This document shows, piece after piece, positions 17,897 to 47,450 of a DNA stretch of 64,000 nt. The stretch's first letter is position 1. Each line of letters begins with the position of its first letter. Position numbers and translations under genes: made by a program. The notes below the pieces were generated by a model. It did not search any database, was not told the DNA's origin, and saw nothing but the letters and a program-made list of their open reading frames with translations. This stretch comes from the human T2T-CHM13v2.0 reference genome, Homo sapiens. The stretch is from assembly GCF_009914755.1 (NCBI RefSeq), contig NC_060941.1, one strand, 5' to 3'.

Positions 17897-20800
17897 CTAG
17901 ATGAAAGAAACAAGGAGGATAGAATGGCTTACATAGTATGCTACAATGTATGTGTGTTTAAAAAGAAGAGAGAGACTCATCTATGTTTGTAAATGCTTTT
18001 GGAGGCTGCATAAGAAATTGGCAACAATTCCCTTCCTGTTAGGAAGGGTAATGGGAGAGAGGCCTGGAGGACAGCGGTAGGAGGGAGACCTTCTTTTCCT
18101 TGTATACCACTTTGTATCTTTAGAATTTTGTATCATGTGCATATTTGATCTATTTCTAATAAGTCATGTGGTAGGGGGTTACCCAGGTATTGGAGGGAGA
18201 ATTCCCATGGAGCTTCAGCCCGTCTTAGAGCTTCTTTTACCCCCTCAGGCCAGTAAGAGATTCAGGCTCTCTCAGCAGAGGTTGAGGTGCATGATTCACC
18301 CAGTGGCTCATTCCTGCCCCAGCCCCCTCACCCAACCCCTCACCCCACCCTTTACCACATCAGGGAAGTGGGCTTTTAGAATCATATTTTGACACCAAAA
18401 ACAACCATACGTGCCCTCCCCCAAAAGAAGAAGAGTGATATTTCATCATCTCCGGGGAAGGAGTGGTAGACATTATCTCCTCTGATGGAGGGTATTTCAT
18501 AGTGGAAACAGGATAGTCTTTGGAGTTGTACAAACTTTGGTTCAAATTCCAGCCTCTGCTGCTTATGCTGTAAAAGCTCAAGAAATTGCTGTGCTCTTGC
18601 TGGACTGTTTCCTCATCTATAAAATGAACTGACTTTCTACTGAGCCCACGTGACTGGTAAGGACCAGATAAGGTCATTGCATATGATGCCTGGCACATAC
18701 TAGGTGCTCAGTAAATGGAAGTAGTTGTGCTCACAGTCACTGAGATCAGCTCAGCCTACTGGAGCCCTTTATCACAAAGGAAGGAGGAAACAGTAGTGGT
18801 TGGAATTGGACTCAGTTCAGCAAACACTGATGCCCTCTCTGGGCTTGGCCCCTTGCCCAGTAGAGGTAGAAAGGCACAGTGCCTCCTTGCCAGGGATGCA
18901 CGTTGATCAGAACAGTCCGGGAGAGCCTCAAGTTTGCAGCTGCCTCTCTATAGTTCTGAGGTCTAGAGACAGTGTGGTCAGCCCAAAGGGGGCTGTTTCC
19001 AGGGCAGACTCAGCATTGGTGTTTGCAGTGGGGACTCTCTTGTCAGGGAACAGGCTGAGTTGGGAGTGAGAATCCTGGAGGTTGCTTCGTGAAGATGGTG
19101 TGTTGGACCAGTAGGGACCTCAGGAACAAGCTTCCCCAGCGTCGAGGGCTCCTGTCTCCTGGCTTGTCCCCTCCGCAGAGGCCCCTGCAGTACAATGGCC
19201 TTTCCTGCCACTTGGGAATTGATTTTGAAGATGGGGTTTGCCTGTCAGCTGCAGACACATATCTCTTTTCTCCCCTGATGGGCAGTGGCGGAGAGCATGG
19301 GCATTTAGAGGAAGCAGACCTGGGTCTGGGTTCTTGCTTGGCTGTTGATTCACTCAGTGGCCACGTTCCCTAACTTTGCTAAGCCTCAGTTTCTTTGTGA
19401 AATGGGTATAATAATATTACCTACTGCTTCATGTGAGGATTCAAAAAAATACCCCATTACAAAAATGTTTGTAGGCATTACACAACTATTTTAGCAAAGC
19501 TGCCTAACATTGAGCTGGCTGATCTAAAATGAGGGCAAAATTATTCTTAGGGAGGGAATTACTCTTAGGATTAGGGGGGAAAATACCTTAATGGGCATGT
19601 GTGATTATAAAAAGGGAAATCCCTCCATTCCATCCCGCCCCTACCTCATATTGCCTAGAGAGGGCTAACTCTGCGTAAGAAACAGGATTGGAAGTCATTC
19701 ATGGTCAGTGTGAGATGGGGTAAGGATATGTGGTGGTGAGAGAGAAGAGGGGAGATGTGCAGGGATCTAGAACACAGTGGGCCAGATCCTGGGAATAAAA
19801 TCAGGCCAGGGAGAGATTAATTTATTCTGTCAGGGAATGGCCAGTGGTTTTTTAAGGCAGGGATTTTTATGGCTGGTATCCAAATTCAAGTTCTCACCTG
19901 AATTATTCTGTGCTATATTCAATACCTATCTTGTGTGCAAATCTCCAGTAAACATGTTACAACCAATAGCCTTACATCGTGGTTGTTTTGGGGGAATGAA
20001 GAAATGAGGGCCCTGACCCTCGTGGGGTGAAGCAGCATGTGAAGAAATGGAGAATTCCGTGGAAGCTGGGAATCAGAGGAAGAGGTGCCATGATGTAACA
20101 GGAGCCTTCAGTTCTTGGGGATGTAGATGGGGTGAGTCTTGACTACTTGCAGTATCTGAGATGGAGAATGGGAATGACTTTTTGGATATTCTGGTGAGGT
20201 TCCGGATGCCCACATAGCAGAGGCTGCCAAATGGGCAGTTTAAAAAGGATAGAGGACATGCTGAGGCTCAGATCAGTGAGAACTGGGTGGGGCCCAGGCA
20301 GCAAGTGGCTGTGGGTTCTGGCCTCAGCAAGAGAACAGACCACAGGGTCCGCCAGCTGTGGCACTGGAGCATCAAGAGGGTCCCGGAGCAAGGTGAGATG
20401 AGCCATATGTCAACACGTCAGCTGCAGTCAGCAGAATGAGAACCATGCCCCACCCTCTGCATGACGCCCTGCATCCTGAAGCCACCCTGGGAGGTAAGAA
20501 ACAGTCCTGACAAGGAGTTTGAACTTCACATTGGCCATGAATATTTACCTGAAGTGAAACTGCTTCATTTCAGAGGAGCTCATTTTCCTTAATTACCCTT
20601 GTTCAAATGTTTCTTCCACCATTGGTGAGAGTGGGTGCTCCAGTGTGAGCTCAGTTACTGAAAAATAGCAACTCTTTTCTGCACGTCCAAGTTGTAACAT
20701 GTACATTTTTGACACTGCTACATGATTAATGATGAAGAACTACCCCCAGGGTCACATAAACACACAGTCCTCCAGCCATAAAACTTCCCTCTCATGTTGC

Positions 20801-21291
20801 AGACACACAGGCTGCTTTCTAGCCCCATCGCTGCAGACACTCTAACCACCCGTTTGTCTCGTCAAAATCCTGTCAGTGCTTCTGAAAACAGGAGAGAAAC
20901 ACTGACAGCTCACACCCTCACTTTTCTGTCCTGCAGCTGCTTTTTGATGGCTCCAACCCCTTAAGAAGGCTTAATTTCCCTGCAGGGACCAGCCAGGATA
21001 TGCTCAGAAAGTAGGACATGGAATTGTTTTGTTAAAAAAAAAAAAAAAGTAGAAAAAAGAAAAGAAATGGAAAACATAGAGACAGTCTGAGTCACAGTGA
21101 GGCAGGGCGTGACCTAGACACACTGGGTATCAGGGTGGCTGGATTTTCTCTTTACTGTTCCATAGAATGTGGCCTTTCCCGTTCTGAAAAGTAAAAGATA
21201 ATATTAGCTAATGTGTCCCTCGAGCCTTGTTGGGAAGATTAAAGAATTGAACGGTATTTGGCACATTGTAAACTTTCTCTCTCATCGTCTA

Positions 21292-21834
<543 letters not shown>

Positions 21835-22122
21835 TTACTAGCTGCCTAATTCTGGGCAGCTGGTTGACGTTTCCAAGGCTGTTTTCTTATCGGAGATATG
21901 AGGATGATGCTATACACTACACAATGTGGCTATGATTAGGAATTGGCCTAAAATATGTAACATGGTACTTGGCAGATACTCCATAAATGTGGCTGTTTAA
22001 GCTAAAATGATGAAGCTCAACGGGTCAGGCTAACAATCTAGGAGTTGACTTTTCTTTCTTTCCCACCTTTCTTAGGTTGGCTCCTCCAGAAGCCGAACCT
22101 GAGAGAGGATTTGAGTGCAAGT

Positions 22123-22420
22123 ATTTTTTTTCTCTTTCTTGAGACAGAGTCTCACTGTTACCTAGGCTGGAGTGCAGTGGTGTGATCTCAGCTCACTGTA
22201 ACCTCTGTCTCCTGGGTTCAAGCAATTCTCGTGCCTCAGCCTTCTGAGTAGCTGGGATTATAGGCATGCACAACCATGCCCGGCTAATTTTTGTATGTTT
22301 AGTAGAGACGGGATTTCACCATGTTGGCCAGGCTGGTCTCGAACTCCCAGCCTCAGGTTATCCACCTGCCTCAGCCTCCCAAAGTGCTGGGATTACAGGC
22401 GTGAGCCACTGTGCCCGGCT
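22123..22420 (-). mobile_element. AluS inside MaLR (MLT-like) sequence
   Basis: Antisense Alu; TSD about TGAGTG.AAGTA. Confidence 0.8.
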
Positions 22421-22983
22421 GAGTGAAAGTAGTTTACTGAGAGGTGATCTCAGGAAGCTCCAGAAGGGAAATGGGGAAATGAAGTATACCTTATCTTATT
22501 TTAGCCTCAGATCAACCCTCTCTGGATATTGTTATTATTCTTTATATTCTATAGATGAATTAAGTGGTGGTTTTAAACATGTCCACAATTCTATATTTGT
22601 ACCATCAAGTGGTGGAAAGTAGGTCCTCTGTTCTTGGATCTTTGCAACATTCTCAATACGTGGATCAGAATGATTCTCAACGCTAGATTAGAAAATGTTG
22701 CCCAGATGCTTGCTATTCTTTTTGAAATATTGGCTCAGGAAGCCTTTGAAGTGTAGCTACCCTGAGACTGCCATGCTGGAGAGACCATGTGGAGAGAGAC
22801 AGAGAGAGAGAATTAATGTCTGACTGTAACTACCTGAGAGACCCCACACCAGAACCTCCCAGCCAACCCTTTCCTGCATTCCTAATCCACAAAAATTGTA
22901 AGAGATAAGAAATGGTTATTGTTTTAAGCTTAAAGTTCTGGGGTGATTTTTCTGTACAGAAGTTGATTACTGGAACATGATCT

Positions 22984-23486
22984 TGATGGGGTATGGAGCA
23001 TGCTACCCCAAAATGTGGCACCTTGGCCTACTGATTATTTTAAGCTGAAAGAAACTGAGAAAACTACAGAAACAGGGAGGTCACTCTCTGACCTCCTCCC
23101 ACCTTTCTCCCTTGAAGCAGGCTGTAAAAGAATTCTGATCTACCTCCTCTGAAAATAGGTCATAAGATCCTCATTCCAGAGAGGTCCTCCCCAACCCTGG
23201 AGGCCAAGAAGAATCTGAGCAAACAGGCCTTGATAAGTCTTCCCCTCCCTCAGTTTATTACCATTAGAATATACCCTTTTGTCTTCTAATCATACTTCTG
23301 CATGACTGTACATAAAAGTAGTTTTTCTTTAGTATTTGGATTTTCATTTCTGAAGTCTCTTGTTTTATGTAAAACTTACCATAAATAAATTTGTATGCTT
23401 TCTCTTGTTAATCTGTCTTGTTATAGGGGCCTCAGCCATGAAACTCGCGATGGGTGAGAAAAAGATATTATATTTCCTCCCCTACA
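22984..23486 (+). mobile_element. ERV1 solo LTR (MER34/MER39-like)
   Basis: TGATGGGG...CATGCTACCCCAAAATGTGGCACCTTGGC...AATAAA...TTCCTCCCCTACA. Confidence 0.65.
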
Positions 23487-23534
23487 ATTTGTGCCCAGAT
23501 TTTTCTGACTGCAGAGATCTCCTTCAATAACTCC

Positions 23535-23579
<45 letters not shown>

Positions 23580-23866
23580 TGTTTTGTGGCAGGGCCTTGC
23601 TTGTACCCCCGGCTGGAGTACAGTGGTGCAATCACAGCTCACTGTAGCCTCAACCTCCTGGGCACGAGTGGTCTTCCCACCTCAACTTCCTGAGTAGTTG
23701 GGACTACAGGCATGCGACACCATACCCAGCTAATTTTTGTATTTTTTATAGACACAGGGTTTCGTCATGTTGCCCAGACTGGTCTTAAACTCCTGGGCTC
23801 AAGCCATCTGCCCACCTCAGCCTCCCAAAGTACTGGGATTACAGGTGTGAGCCATCACACCTGGCC
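23535..23866 (-). mobile_element. AluJ with (TTTA)n tail
   Basis: TSD AATAACTCCTTATTT. Confidence 0.88.
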
Positions 23867-24254
23867 AATAACTCCTTATTTCATAAAAACTAAAATGCAG
23901 ACTCCTTTGTATGGCATTCAAGTGTTGACAATTTGGCCCCAGACTACTTTTCAACCCAAACCCCAGCCATCCCAGCCTGCGACTTCATTGTGAAACGATA
24001 GAGGGGACCAAAAAAGCATGAGCTTTGAAGAGAGTGTGGTATTGTAGAGGAGAAAAAGTAGTTATCTTTTCCTCACCCATTGTTTCATGGATGACACCCT
24101 TATAACAAAAGACAGATTAACAAGAATAAAGCATAACAAATTTATTTAATTTTAAAAATCAAAGTCTTGCGTGACACTGGAACCTTCAGAAATGACACAG
24201 ATACCCAGGGGAAAACTGCTGTTTTTTTATGCTTAGGTTTGATGAAGAATGGGC

Positions 24255-24630
24255 TGTAAACCAAAAATAAAATTTGAAGCCCTTCAGCCATCTGAATGGG
24301 CACCTCCTCTCGGCCAAGGGCATTCTAAAGTTAACCTGAAAAACTAGTTCAGGTCATGATCGGAAGGGGGGAGTCAGACACGCCTTGTTACCATTCACGT
24401 CAAAAAGATCTTAAGACTGATAGAACAGACTCTTGAAGTCTGATAAGAAATATTTAAAATCTACTCTCTCTGAAGCCTGATACCTGGAGGCTTCATCTGC
24501 ATGATAACAGCTTGGTCTCCACAACCCCTTATGGTAACCTAGACATTCCTTTCTAATGATTCCAGGTTTTTAGGTAATAACTCAACCAATTGCCAATCAG
24601 AAAATCTTTGAATCCACCTATCTGGCCCTC
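24255..24630 (+). mobile_element. MER4-group LTR, 3' truncated
   Basis: Starts TGTAAACCAAAAATAAAATT...GGCCAAGGGCATTC.AAAGTTAACCTGAAAAACTAGTTCAGG. Confidence 0.7.
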
Positions 24631-24649
24631 CATCAAAAAAAAAAAAAAA

Positions 24650-24918
24650 GTCTTCAGTTATTCAAATAGTTGTTTTCCCATATGTATTGTGCCACTTTTC
24701 TCTCCTGCTTTCAAAATTCTCTCTTTTTTTGCTTTCAGCAGTTTGACTTTGATATGCCTAAGTATAGGTTTCTCTGAATCAATCCTATATGGGGTTTGCT
24801 GACCTTGAATTTGTAAATTCAAGCCTTTCAGAAAATTTGGGAAGTTTTCTGTAATTATTTCTTTATATTTTTCCCACTTCATTCTCTTTCCTCTGCTTCT
24901 TCACTTCAAGTGTCCGTA
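24650..24918 (-). mobile_element. Old L1 ORF1 fragment
   Basis: ORF 24658..24882 (EIITENFPNF...PILRHIKVKLLKAKKERILKA) resembles L1 ORF1p. Confidence 0.8.
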
Positions 24919-31629
<6,711 letters not shown>

Positions 31630-32538
31630 CTGTAACCATGCCTTTGCCTAGACCGTACTCCTATTTTTTTCTTATTTAACAAATTATAGCTAATTTTTAA
31701 GCCCCAGGTAAAGTGTTAGTTTACTGATGCAGCTTCCCCTGACCTCCATAATTCAAGGATCACAGATTCTGGTGAATTCTAGCACTGATGGTCTGCATTA
31801 TGTTTTAGTACTTTATTATTTACACCTCCATTTTTATGCTTATTCTTTTTCTTCTATCATTTTCATGTTCCAGAGACAGTGTCATACTTGTCCCTGGGTT
31901 GGACACAAAACGGGTGCTACATATAGAAAGTCAGGGACAAAGATGAGTTCTGAACATAACTAAAGAGCTAAGTAATCATGTTAACAGCCACCACTCTTAC
32001 ATATACTAGGCACTGATGCAAGTATTACAGGTATTCACTCACCTAAATTTCACAACAATCCTATGAAATGGTAACTAGAATAATCCCCAGTTTAAAGATG
32101 AGGAAATTGAGTCACAGAGAAAAATAACTTGTTCAGGGTAACCAAGCTAACAAATGACAGACCTGGGTTCAAACCCAGTAACCTGGCTTCAGAATCAACT
32201 CTTAACCACCTAGAGCACTATCACTGAGATGGAGAGACAGACTGCTGTAAAGAGGATGAAGTGCAAATAGGAGGACAGCAGCAGTGAAGCAAATGATGTG
32301 ATGGGGCTAAAGAAAAATGGATAAGAAAAGGATTAAGAGCAATCACAAGTAAAAGACCAGGGAAGGGGCCTAACAGTAAAGGAGAATGAGGAGAAGGAAG
32401 AAATGACAGGCAAAGGCAGAAGCAGAAAGTCAGTTGTCCATGTGGTTTGGTGAGATAAAGAAGGCCCAGGAAGGCCTCCAGGAAAAAGCTGCTATATCAG
32501 GCAGGACACAGAGAACAATTGAGGAAAGGTGATTCTTA

Positions 32539-37918
<5,380 letters not shown>

Positions 37919-37939
37919 TATGGCAGCCACCAGATGCCC

Positions 37940-38000
37940 GCGCCCTTAGCAACCGCGGCCCCGCCTCGTCCGTTATTTACCATATCTTTATCTAGGCAAC
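37940..38000 (-). promoter_or_regulatory. Putative LRRC37 proximal promoter remnant (RFX X-box-like sites and a GC box)
   Basis: GTTGCCTAGATAAA 37987-38000, GGCGGGGC 37958-37965 and GTTGCTAAGGG 37943-37953, in a CpG-rich stretch just upstream of the LRRC37 ATG. Confidence 0.5.
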
Positions 38001-38001
38001 C

Positions 38002-38007
38002 TTTATT
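38002..38007 (-). terminator. RDM1: RDM1 polyadenylation signal
   Basis: First AATAAA downstream of the RDM1 stop codon, about 240 nt away. Confidence 0.75.
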
Positions 38008-38248
38008 AAGTTCCGTTCGAGATCCGCTCCTCGTCACCAGGGCGATCTTATCCCACAATCCTACCCAAGCCTCCCTTCCCACTCCACCAGAACACCCCTT
38101 CCCTCCCCTTCGCCAGGAAAGATTTGGGCGGCCGACCCAGGTGGTTCCAGGACTCCAGCAGCCTATAGTGGTGGGGCGGCGTGGGGTAGGGGCACGACAG
38201 AGCTTCCCAAGGAAGTTACATGACCTCGCCTTGGGATATTCAGAAATG

Positions 38249-38350
38249 CTAGTCAAGTTCTGGCAGCCTGAACTCTTCCTCCTCCAAGCTGAAATCCGAG
38301 AGATACCCTTCCTCCTCTTGGCCATACTGCTTCCAGGGAGAGCAAGGGAC
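38249..38350 (-). CDS. RDM1: RDM1 exon 7 (last coding exon)
   Basis: TTTGCAG|GTC... encodes VPCSPWKQYGQEEEGYLSDFSLEEEEFRLPELD then TAG; 102 nt. The seven exons sum to 284 codons plus stop. Confidence 0.93.
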   Translation of the reverse strand, partial: VPCSPWKQYGQEEEGYLSDFSLEEEEFRLPELD

Positions 38351-39232
38351 CTGCAAAATGTGCGCTAGTTAGGGTGGCAGGCAGAACGCACATTACGGTC
38401 ATTCATTCCAAAATGTTGCCGTTTTTGCTAAACTTTCCATATCCTTTGTTGCATGTTTGATAATTCACCACTCTATTAGGTAGGGGCTGCCAGGGAATAA
38501 GTGAAGACTCCAAATTTTCTGTAGGAGGGGTTTTGGGAGGTGGGCAATTCAGTCTGGGAGAGAAGTTTGAACTGTCATCCTGCCTTGACTTAACACAGCC
38601 ATTACCCTAGAAATTACAGCGCCACTCTTCAGAGGTCTACCCTGTGTGCACACATGGAGAAGAGGCTTAGGTTGTTAAAGTCAGCTGTTAAATAATTTCC
38701 TGAAATGCGACTATAACTGGAACCCAGCTGACTTCCTCCACAGCCATTGTTACCTATTTTATTACTCATTGTCTGGCACAATCACCAGCATGTGAACTCT
38801 AAGAACGTGCTTCATCTTATGCCAGTGCCTAGCATAGGTATATGGTGCAGATTAATGGTTTTACAATGGAAGGGATTCCAAGACTTGCCTCATTTAGGGA
38901 TGGATCTATTGTTATAATCAGATTTCTGAAATCAGTGCTGACTTTCTCTCACATTTCACAGGAAGCTAGACTTCTTAAAGCTTGAAGTTTCCTTGATGGG
39001 TTTTATTTAAATTGAATTAAAATAACTATTTTACAGGGAAAAACTTCAAAACAAAACGCTTTGCAACTTTGGGGTGAAAGTTAAATAAAACACTCTAGCC
39101 CCAAATTAAGTTCCTACTGAAAAAAAACACTTTTGCTACTTTTTTTAAAGAATTCCATATGTAGTAAATAATGACTGTTTTCTTTCAGAGATTAATTTAG
39201 AAACTTAATCCCTATTTAAGAGCTTTCATATA

Positions 39233-39610
39233 CAGTCATGCGTTGCTTGCCATGTGAGGAGAAGCTTGAGAAATATGTCATTAGGTGATTTCACCCTTGT
39301 GCTAACATCATAGCATATACTTCCACAAACCTAGGTGGTATAGCCTACAGCACACCTAGGCTATATGGTATGGCCTATGGCTCCTAAGCTATAAACCTGT
39401 ACTGTATGTTACTATACTGAATACTGAAGGCAATTGTAACATAACGGAAGGTATTTATGTATGTAAAATGGAAAATGTACAGTAAAAATACTGTTTAAAA
39501 GATAAAAAATGGTATAGCTGTATAGGGATAGCTCCATTATACTCTTATGGAACCACCATCATATATGTGGTCTATTGTTGACCGAAACATCATTTTGTAG
39601 CACATGATTG
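39233..39610 (-). mobile_element. Tigger3a-like DNA transposon
   Basis: CAGTCATG/CATGATTG termini flanked by TA; contains GTTTCGGTCAACAATAGACCACATATATGATGGTGG. Confidence 0.75.
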
Positions 39611-40093
39611 TAACTGATTTACAGAAAGATCTCAGCAAAATATTCTACCCAAGATATACGTGAGATATTGAGATCCAGGTAATAAACTGTATTTGAAAGG
39701 CATTATAGTTTTCGAAAGCTGTAGCACGATCATTCTTAAGGCCAGTTACTTTCTCCCCATATCTCTGGGATTCTGTTTGAAGAAAGTTCTAAAAAGGCCT
39801 GTGTTCAAGCAGCCTGGAATCCCTAACTCCTGGGGGAAGACTAATCCCTCTCCTGTGTCCACAACTGTAGTAATACTCTGATAGTCCTCAGTTCTCCTCT
39901 CCAAACTTCAAATAAGCGGTCAGAGCCAAAGGTCAAGACTTCAGGAAAAGCCCCAGAAATACTCTGCACTCAAAAGTAGTATCAGTTTCACATTTTCCTA
40001 AGAATGAAACAAATTATCCTCCAAATTATGCTGCTTTTTTTTGAATTATGGTTACACTGGCTATGTTACCCCTGAGTTTTTATCTTCACATAC

Positions 40094-40179
40094 TTGAATT
40101 AAACCGTGTAGTTCTTCTTCGCATCTGACACCTACGATGTCTTCACTGGGTCTGTACTCCACAGCTATTTTACCACTTT
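40094..40179 (-). CDS. RDM1: RDM1 exon 6
   Basis: TTTCAG|AA AGT GGT... encodes (E)SGKIAVEYRPSEDIVGVRCEEELHGLIQ|GTATGT; 86 nt, restoring phase 0. Confidence 0.92.
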
Positions 40180-40339
40180 CTGAAATAAAGTTAGCGAGGA
40201 TCAATTCAGAATCTTTTTCATTCTAAAACTTCCTGCATATAATGGTAGCACCCCATGATGAAACATTGTTTTGGTTTCTAAAAGCAGAAAATAAGAGCAT
40301 TTTCCTGGAAGTTTCCTTATCTCCTCATCTCACACTTCA

Positions 40340-40661
40340 GTTTTTTCTTTCTTTCTTTCTTTCTTTTTTTTTTTTTTTTTAGAAGACAGGGTCTCTCACT
40401 CTGTCACCCAGACTGGAGTACAATGGCACTGTCACAGCTCACTGCAGCCTGGAATTCCTGGGATCAAGTGATCCCCCTGGCTCACCCTCCAGAGTAGCAA
40501 GGACTACAGGTACACACCACTGTGCCTGCCTAATTTTTTTTTTTAGAGACGTGGTCTTGCTTTGTTGCCCAGGCTGGTCTTGAACCCCTGGCTTTAAGTG
40601 GTCTTCCTGCCTTGGCCTCCCAAAATGCTGAGATTACAGGTGTGAGTCACCATGTCTGGCC
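40340..40661 (-). mobile_element. AluJ
   Basis: TSD TCACAC(T/C)TCAGTTTTT. Confidence 0.88.
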
Positions 40662-41819
40662 TCACACCTCAGTTTTTAACATATGTATGAAATATCAACC
40701 ATATTCGGTACAAAGGACTTTATGATCTTACAGATAGGAACTAAGGAATAACATAAGAAATAAAAAATGTGGAAACCAAAATGCTCAATCATAATATGAC
40801 TAAATGGTAAGGCATCAGATGGGGGTCAAAGCAAGTTCAAATTTGGAATAGAGACCACTGGGCTAGTAGACACTTCACATTAGAAGCAAGGGCCTTCTTT
40901 TGTCTACTCAGGTGTCTACTCCTTTTGAACCAAAATTCATTCCACCAGATACAATGAACAAAGCTTCTGAGAGAGAGAACATTTGAACATTTTATTGGCA
41001 GACACAGGCTCACATACCCTTATAGACAATAGAACTACCTTCAAGGCAAACTAGAGCCATCAGGCTTTTGGTCTAAGAAGTTTTCAGTGTGTGCAAGATA
41101 CCTTTGTATATTAGGGAGAGGTAAACAACACACACACTTCGTTTGGTTCTTAAATGTTGTTACTCAGACTTGACAGTTGATGACCAAGGAAGTAAGACTT
41201 TCACTAGAAGGGCTGTTGCCCAGGTTGGAAAGCTGAGAGCAGTCAGGGCCACCTCCTACAAGCAAATAAAGGTCTGTGGTAACTTAATTAGGATCTCTCA
41301 GTCTCTAAGCCTTTAGGGCTGTGAAGCAGAAGAGCAACTCTGTTCAGGGACTCTTTGCTAATCATTAGGCTTCCTTTGGGCACAGCCTATAAGATTCGTG
41401 CCACTGTAGAACTCAATAGGGAATACAAGCAATAGGGAATATATTCAATAGCATGACCAATTCCAAGGCTCACGGCAAAGCAGCTGATTTTTGTATAAGA
41501 ATCATACTTGCCCAATGTGTCAGTGCCAGAAATGAAAGCTGAAACTGAATTCTTGATTCAGGAAACATAATCTAATAAACTCTTCAGCAGAGAGCTTATT
41601 TATTCAGAGATAAATCAACAATGACAATAATAGTTAATATGTCTGCTTATCTTGTAAGTGTAGCTCCGAGTTTTTACATTTGTCATCTCATTTACTCTTA
41701 CAATGTCCTCCATAAGGCTGACTGAATTACTAACCCCAGTTTATAGATGAAGAGACTGCAGCTTAGAGATATTAAGTATTTTCAAATCTCTCTGGCTATA
41801 AGACCTAAAATTGCATTAA

Positions 41820-42127
<308 letters not shown>

Positions 42128-42483
42128 TAATTGCATTAAAAATCTAAGAGACAGAGTTAGGACTCAAATCCATGCGTCCAAAACTTATAATCACTATTCT
42201 GTATGATAGGTAAGCAATTAAAGAAGACCTGGCTTAAACATTTTCTGTGGGAACTGAGGCAAGTCTTTTCACATCTGTAAACTGGGGACAATATTTGCTG
42301 TCATTTTTTTTCACAAATGTCACACAGAACAAATTTGAGCCTGTTGGTGTGAAATAATTTAGCAAATGAAAGCATACTATAGAGTGCTTTAGATATCAAT
42401 ATTTTTATTCAATTAACTTTTCAAAATGAGTTTATTTGCTTACTGAAACTGAAGTACTTCAAGGATGATCAAGACAGTCTTAC

Positions 42484-42582
42484 CTAGAACAACAATCAAC
42501 AGTTTCTGGAATGCATCTGACAAAGCCTTCTGAATAGCAAGCTTCTGGGCTGTCTTCCTTTTCATAAGGAATGATAATGGTC
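42484..42582 (-). CDS. RDM1: RDM1 exon 5
   Basis: TTTAG|GA CCA... encodes (G)PLSFLMKRKTAQKLAIQKALSDAFQKLLIVVL G|GTAAG; 99 nt. Confidence 0.93.
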
Positions 42583-42939
42583 CTAAATCCAACCAAAACA
42601 AATGGATTTAAGGTGCCTATTTGAATGATAATTGCTATATGTTTAAAAAATAAAAAAGCATCCACGATTCTTAGCTCAAAACCTTCATGACTAAGGGCAG
42701 ATGGCACAAGCGTATGGTTGAATGGCTCTGTTATAGGTACATCCTGGCAGGGCCCATTTTTACTACCTCCATCTAGTAGGGAAGTTCCTGAGGTACTAGA
42801 AGGGAGATAAGAGCCAAGAACCTGGCACATGTCTCACATCACCCAGAGATTTCAAATTGATCAGTTAAGGCTACACTCCTACAGACCCTACCCTCCTATG
42901 CATCAAGGGCTGGAATCACTCATCGAAAAAGGTTTGGTT

Positions 42940-44155
<1,216 letters not shown>

Positions 44156-44510
44156 TCTTTAGATGGTTTTGCTGGGATAACCGAGAGCTACAAGAGACAC
44201 ATATTTGAAGGACTATTTTAGTTCGAAGCAAGTTCTTAACCAAAAACTGTAAAAACATTACTTCCTTCTTCCTCCTAAGCTTCTCGGCAGGAAGTCAGCT
44301 GTACGATTTTAAATTTAAAGGTTCAATCAGGTATTGCCTACAGTAAAACCCTATGTTGTAAGACAGAAAAACTCTGCCCAGGACTTCAGTAGCTCAGAGA
44401 GGGAGGGGCTTGATATGTATCTGAAAAGATGAGTTTTGGAAAGTAAGAAAAAAAGAAAGATCCTTTCCACTCCAAATCCCTACCCTCCTCCACTCCCAGT
44501 GAAAACAGAC

Positions 44511-44679
44511 CTTCCTCCACCTTATCCATAGGCTCCTCCACCAAGCCAATGCCAGGACTCCTGCAATCACAGGATGGCAACACCACTTCTAAAGCACAGA
44601 AGAACTTCAGGCTTTGCTTCGGAAGTGGCACCATGCTATCTTCATTTTCCCTTTCTTCAAGGTCAGAAAGCTCCTGAAG
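44511..44679 (-). CDS. RDM1: RDM1 exon 4
   Basis: TACAG|CTT CAG... encodes LQELSDLEERENEDSMVPLPKQSLKFFCALEVVLPSCDCRSPGIGLVEEPMDKVEE G|GTCTGT; 169 nt. Confidence 0.92.
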
Positions 44680-44760
44680 CTGTAAGGATATTTAATGTAA
44701 GGTCCTTCCTGGGGTCTTAATGTAGGCTTCAAAATGTTTTGTTATTAAAAGTAAAAACTT

Positions 44761-45096
<336 letters not shown>

Positions 45097-45421
45097 CTAC
45101 ACTCCAGTCATTCAAGCTAACAGTTGAGGTGTCCTATGGCTTCAAAATCAAGTTAGATTTGCAAATGAATTGCTAGATAGAGACAACCATTTTTTATTAT
45201 ATGCCACAAAAACAGTGGAGAAAATTACGGATACCACCATCCAATTGACTGAGATTATTAATTCTAGGTAGCAGGCCAATTCAGACATGTCAATTTATCC
45301 TCAATGGTAGAGGCCTCTCACATCTCCTCCCTACAATCCAGTTCAATACTTCTGTCTAAAATCTAGGATTTCAATGTTGAAAGGAGAGTGTGGTAAGTGA
45401 AAAAAAATCTACAAGGTTTAC

Positions 45422-45544
45422 CTTGATGATCCTTTTGGAACACCCATTGAAACCAAAGTAGTAATTCGCCAGTTCTTGGCATTTGGAACTGTTCAGGGCA
45501 AGGGCTTGATGTTGAACTGCCTTATGTCTGGTGCCAAGACGAAC
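45422..45544 (-). CDS. RDM1: RDM1 exon 3 (RAD52-like RD motif)
   Basis: TTTTAG|GTT... encodes VRLGTRHKAVQHQALALNSSKCQELANYYFGFNGCSKRIIK|GTAAAC; 123 nt. LANYYFGFNG resembles RAD52 LANEMFGYNG. Confidence 0.95.
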
Positions 45545-45759
45545 CTAAAATCATAGGAGATAGACCCATAAATATCACAACCGCTAGAGATTTTATTTTG
45601 GATAGATCTGAGATTTGTCAATACCAAGTGTGCAATGAAAAATTGTTACTGTCTTCCCATTCAGTAGTTCCTGCTTGAGAATATGACCTGAATATAGATA
45701 AGATGAACCCACCACCCATCCCCCTCCCCAAGTTACTAACCCGTTAAAAGATGAAATAA

Positions 45760-47450
<1,691 letters not shown>

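Noticed and set aside
18700-20560. Unique GC-richer DNA with several ORFs and donor-like sites (possible lncRNA exons)
   Set aside because: No recognisable homology; transcription cannot be supported from sequence alone.
24658-24882. 74-aa ORF that looks like a real protein
   Set aside because: It is a decayed L1 ORF1p fragment.
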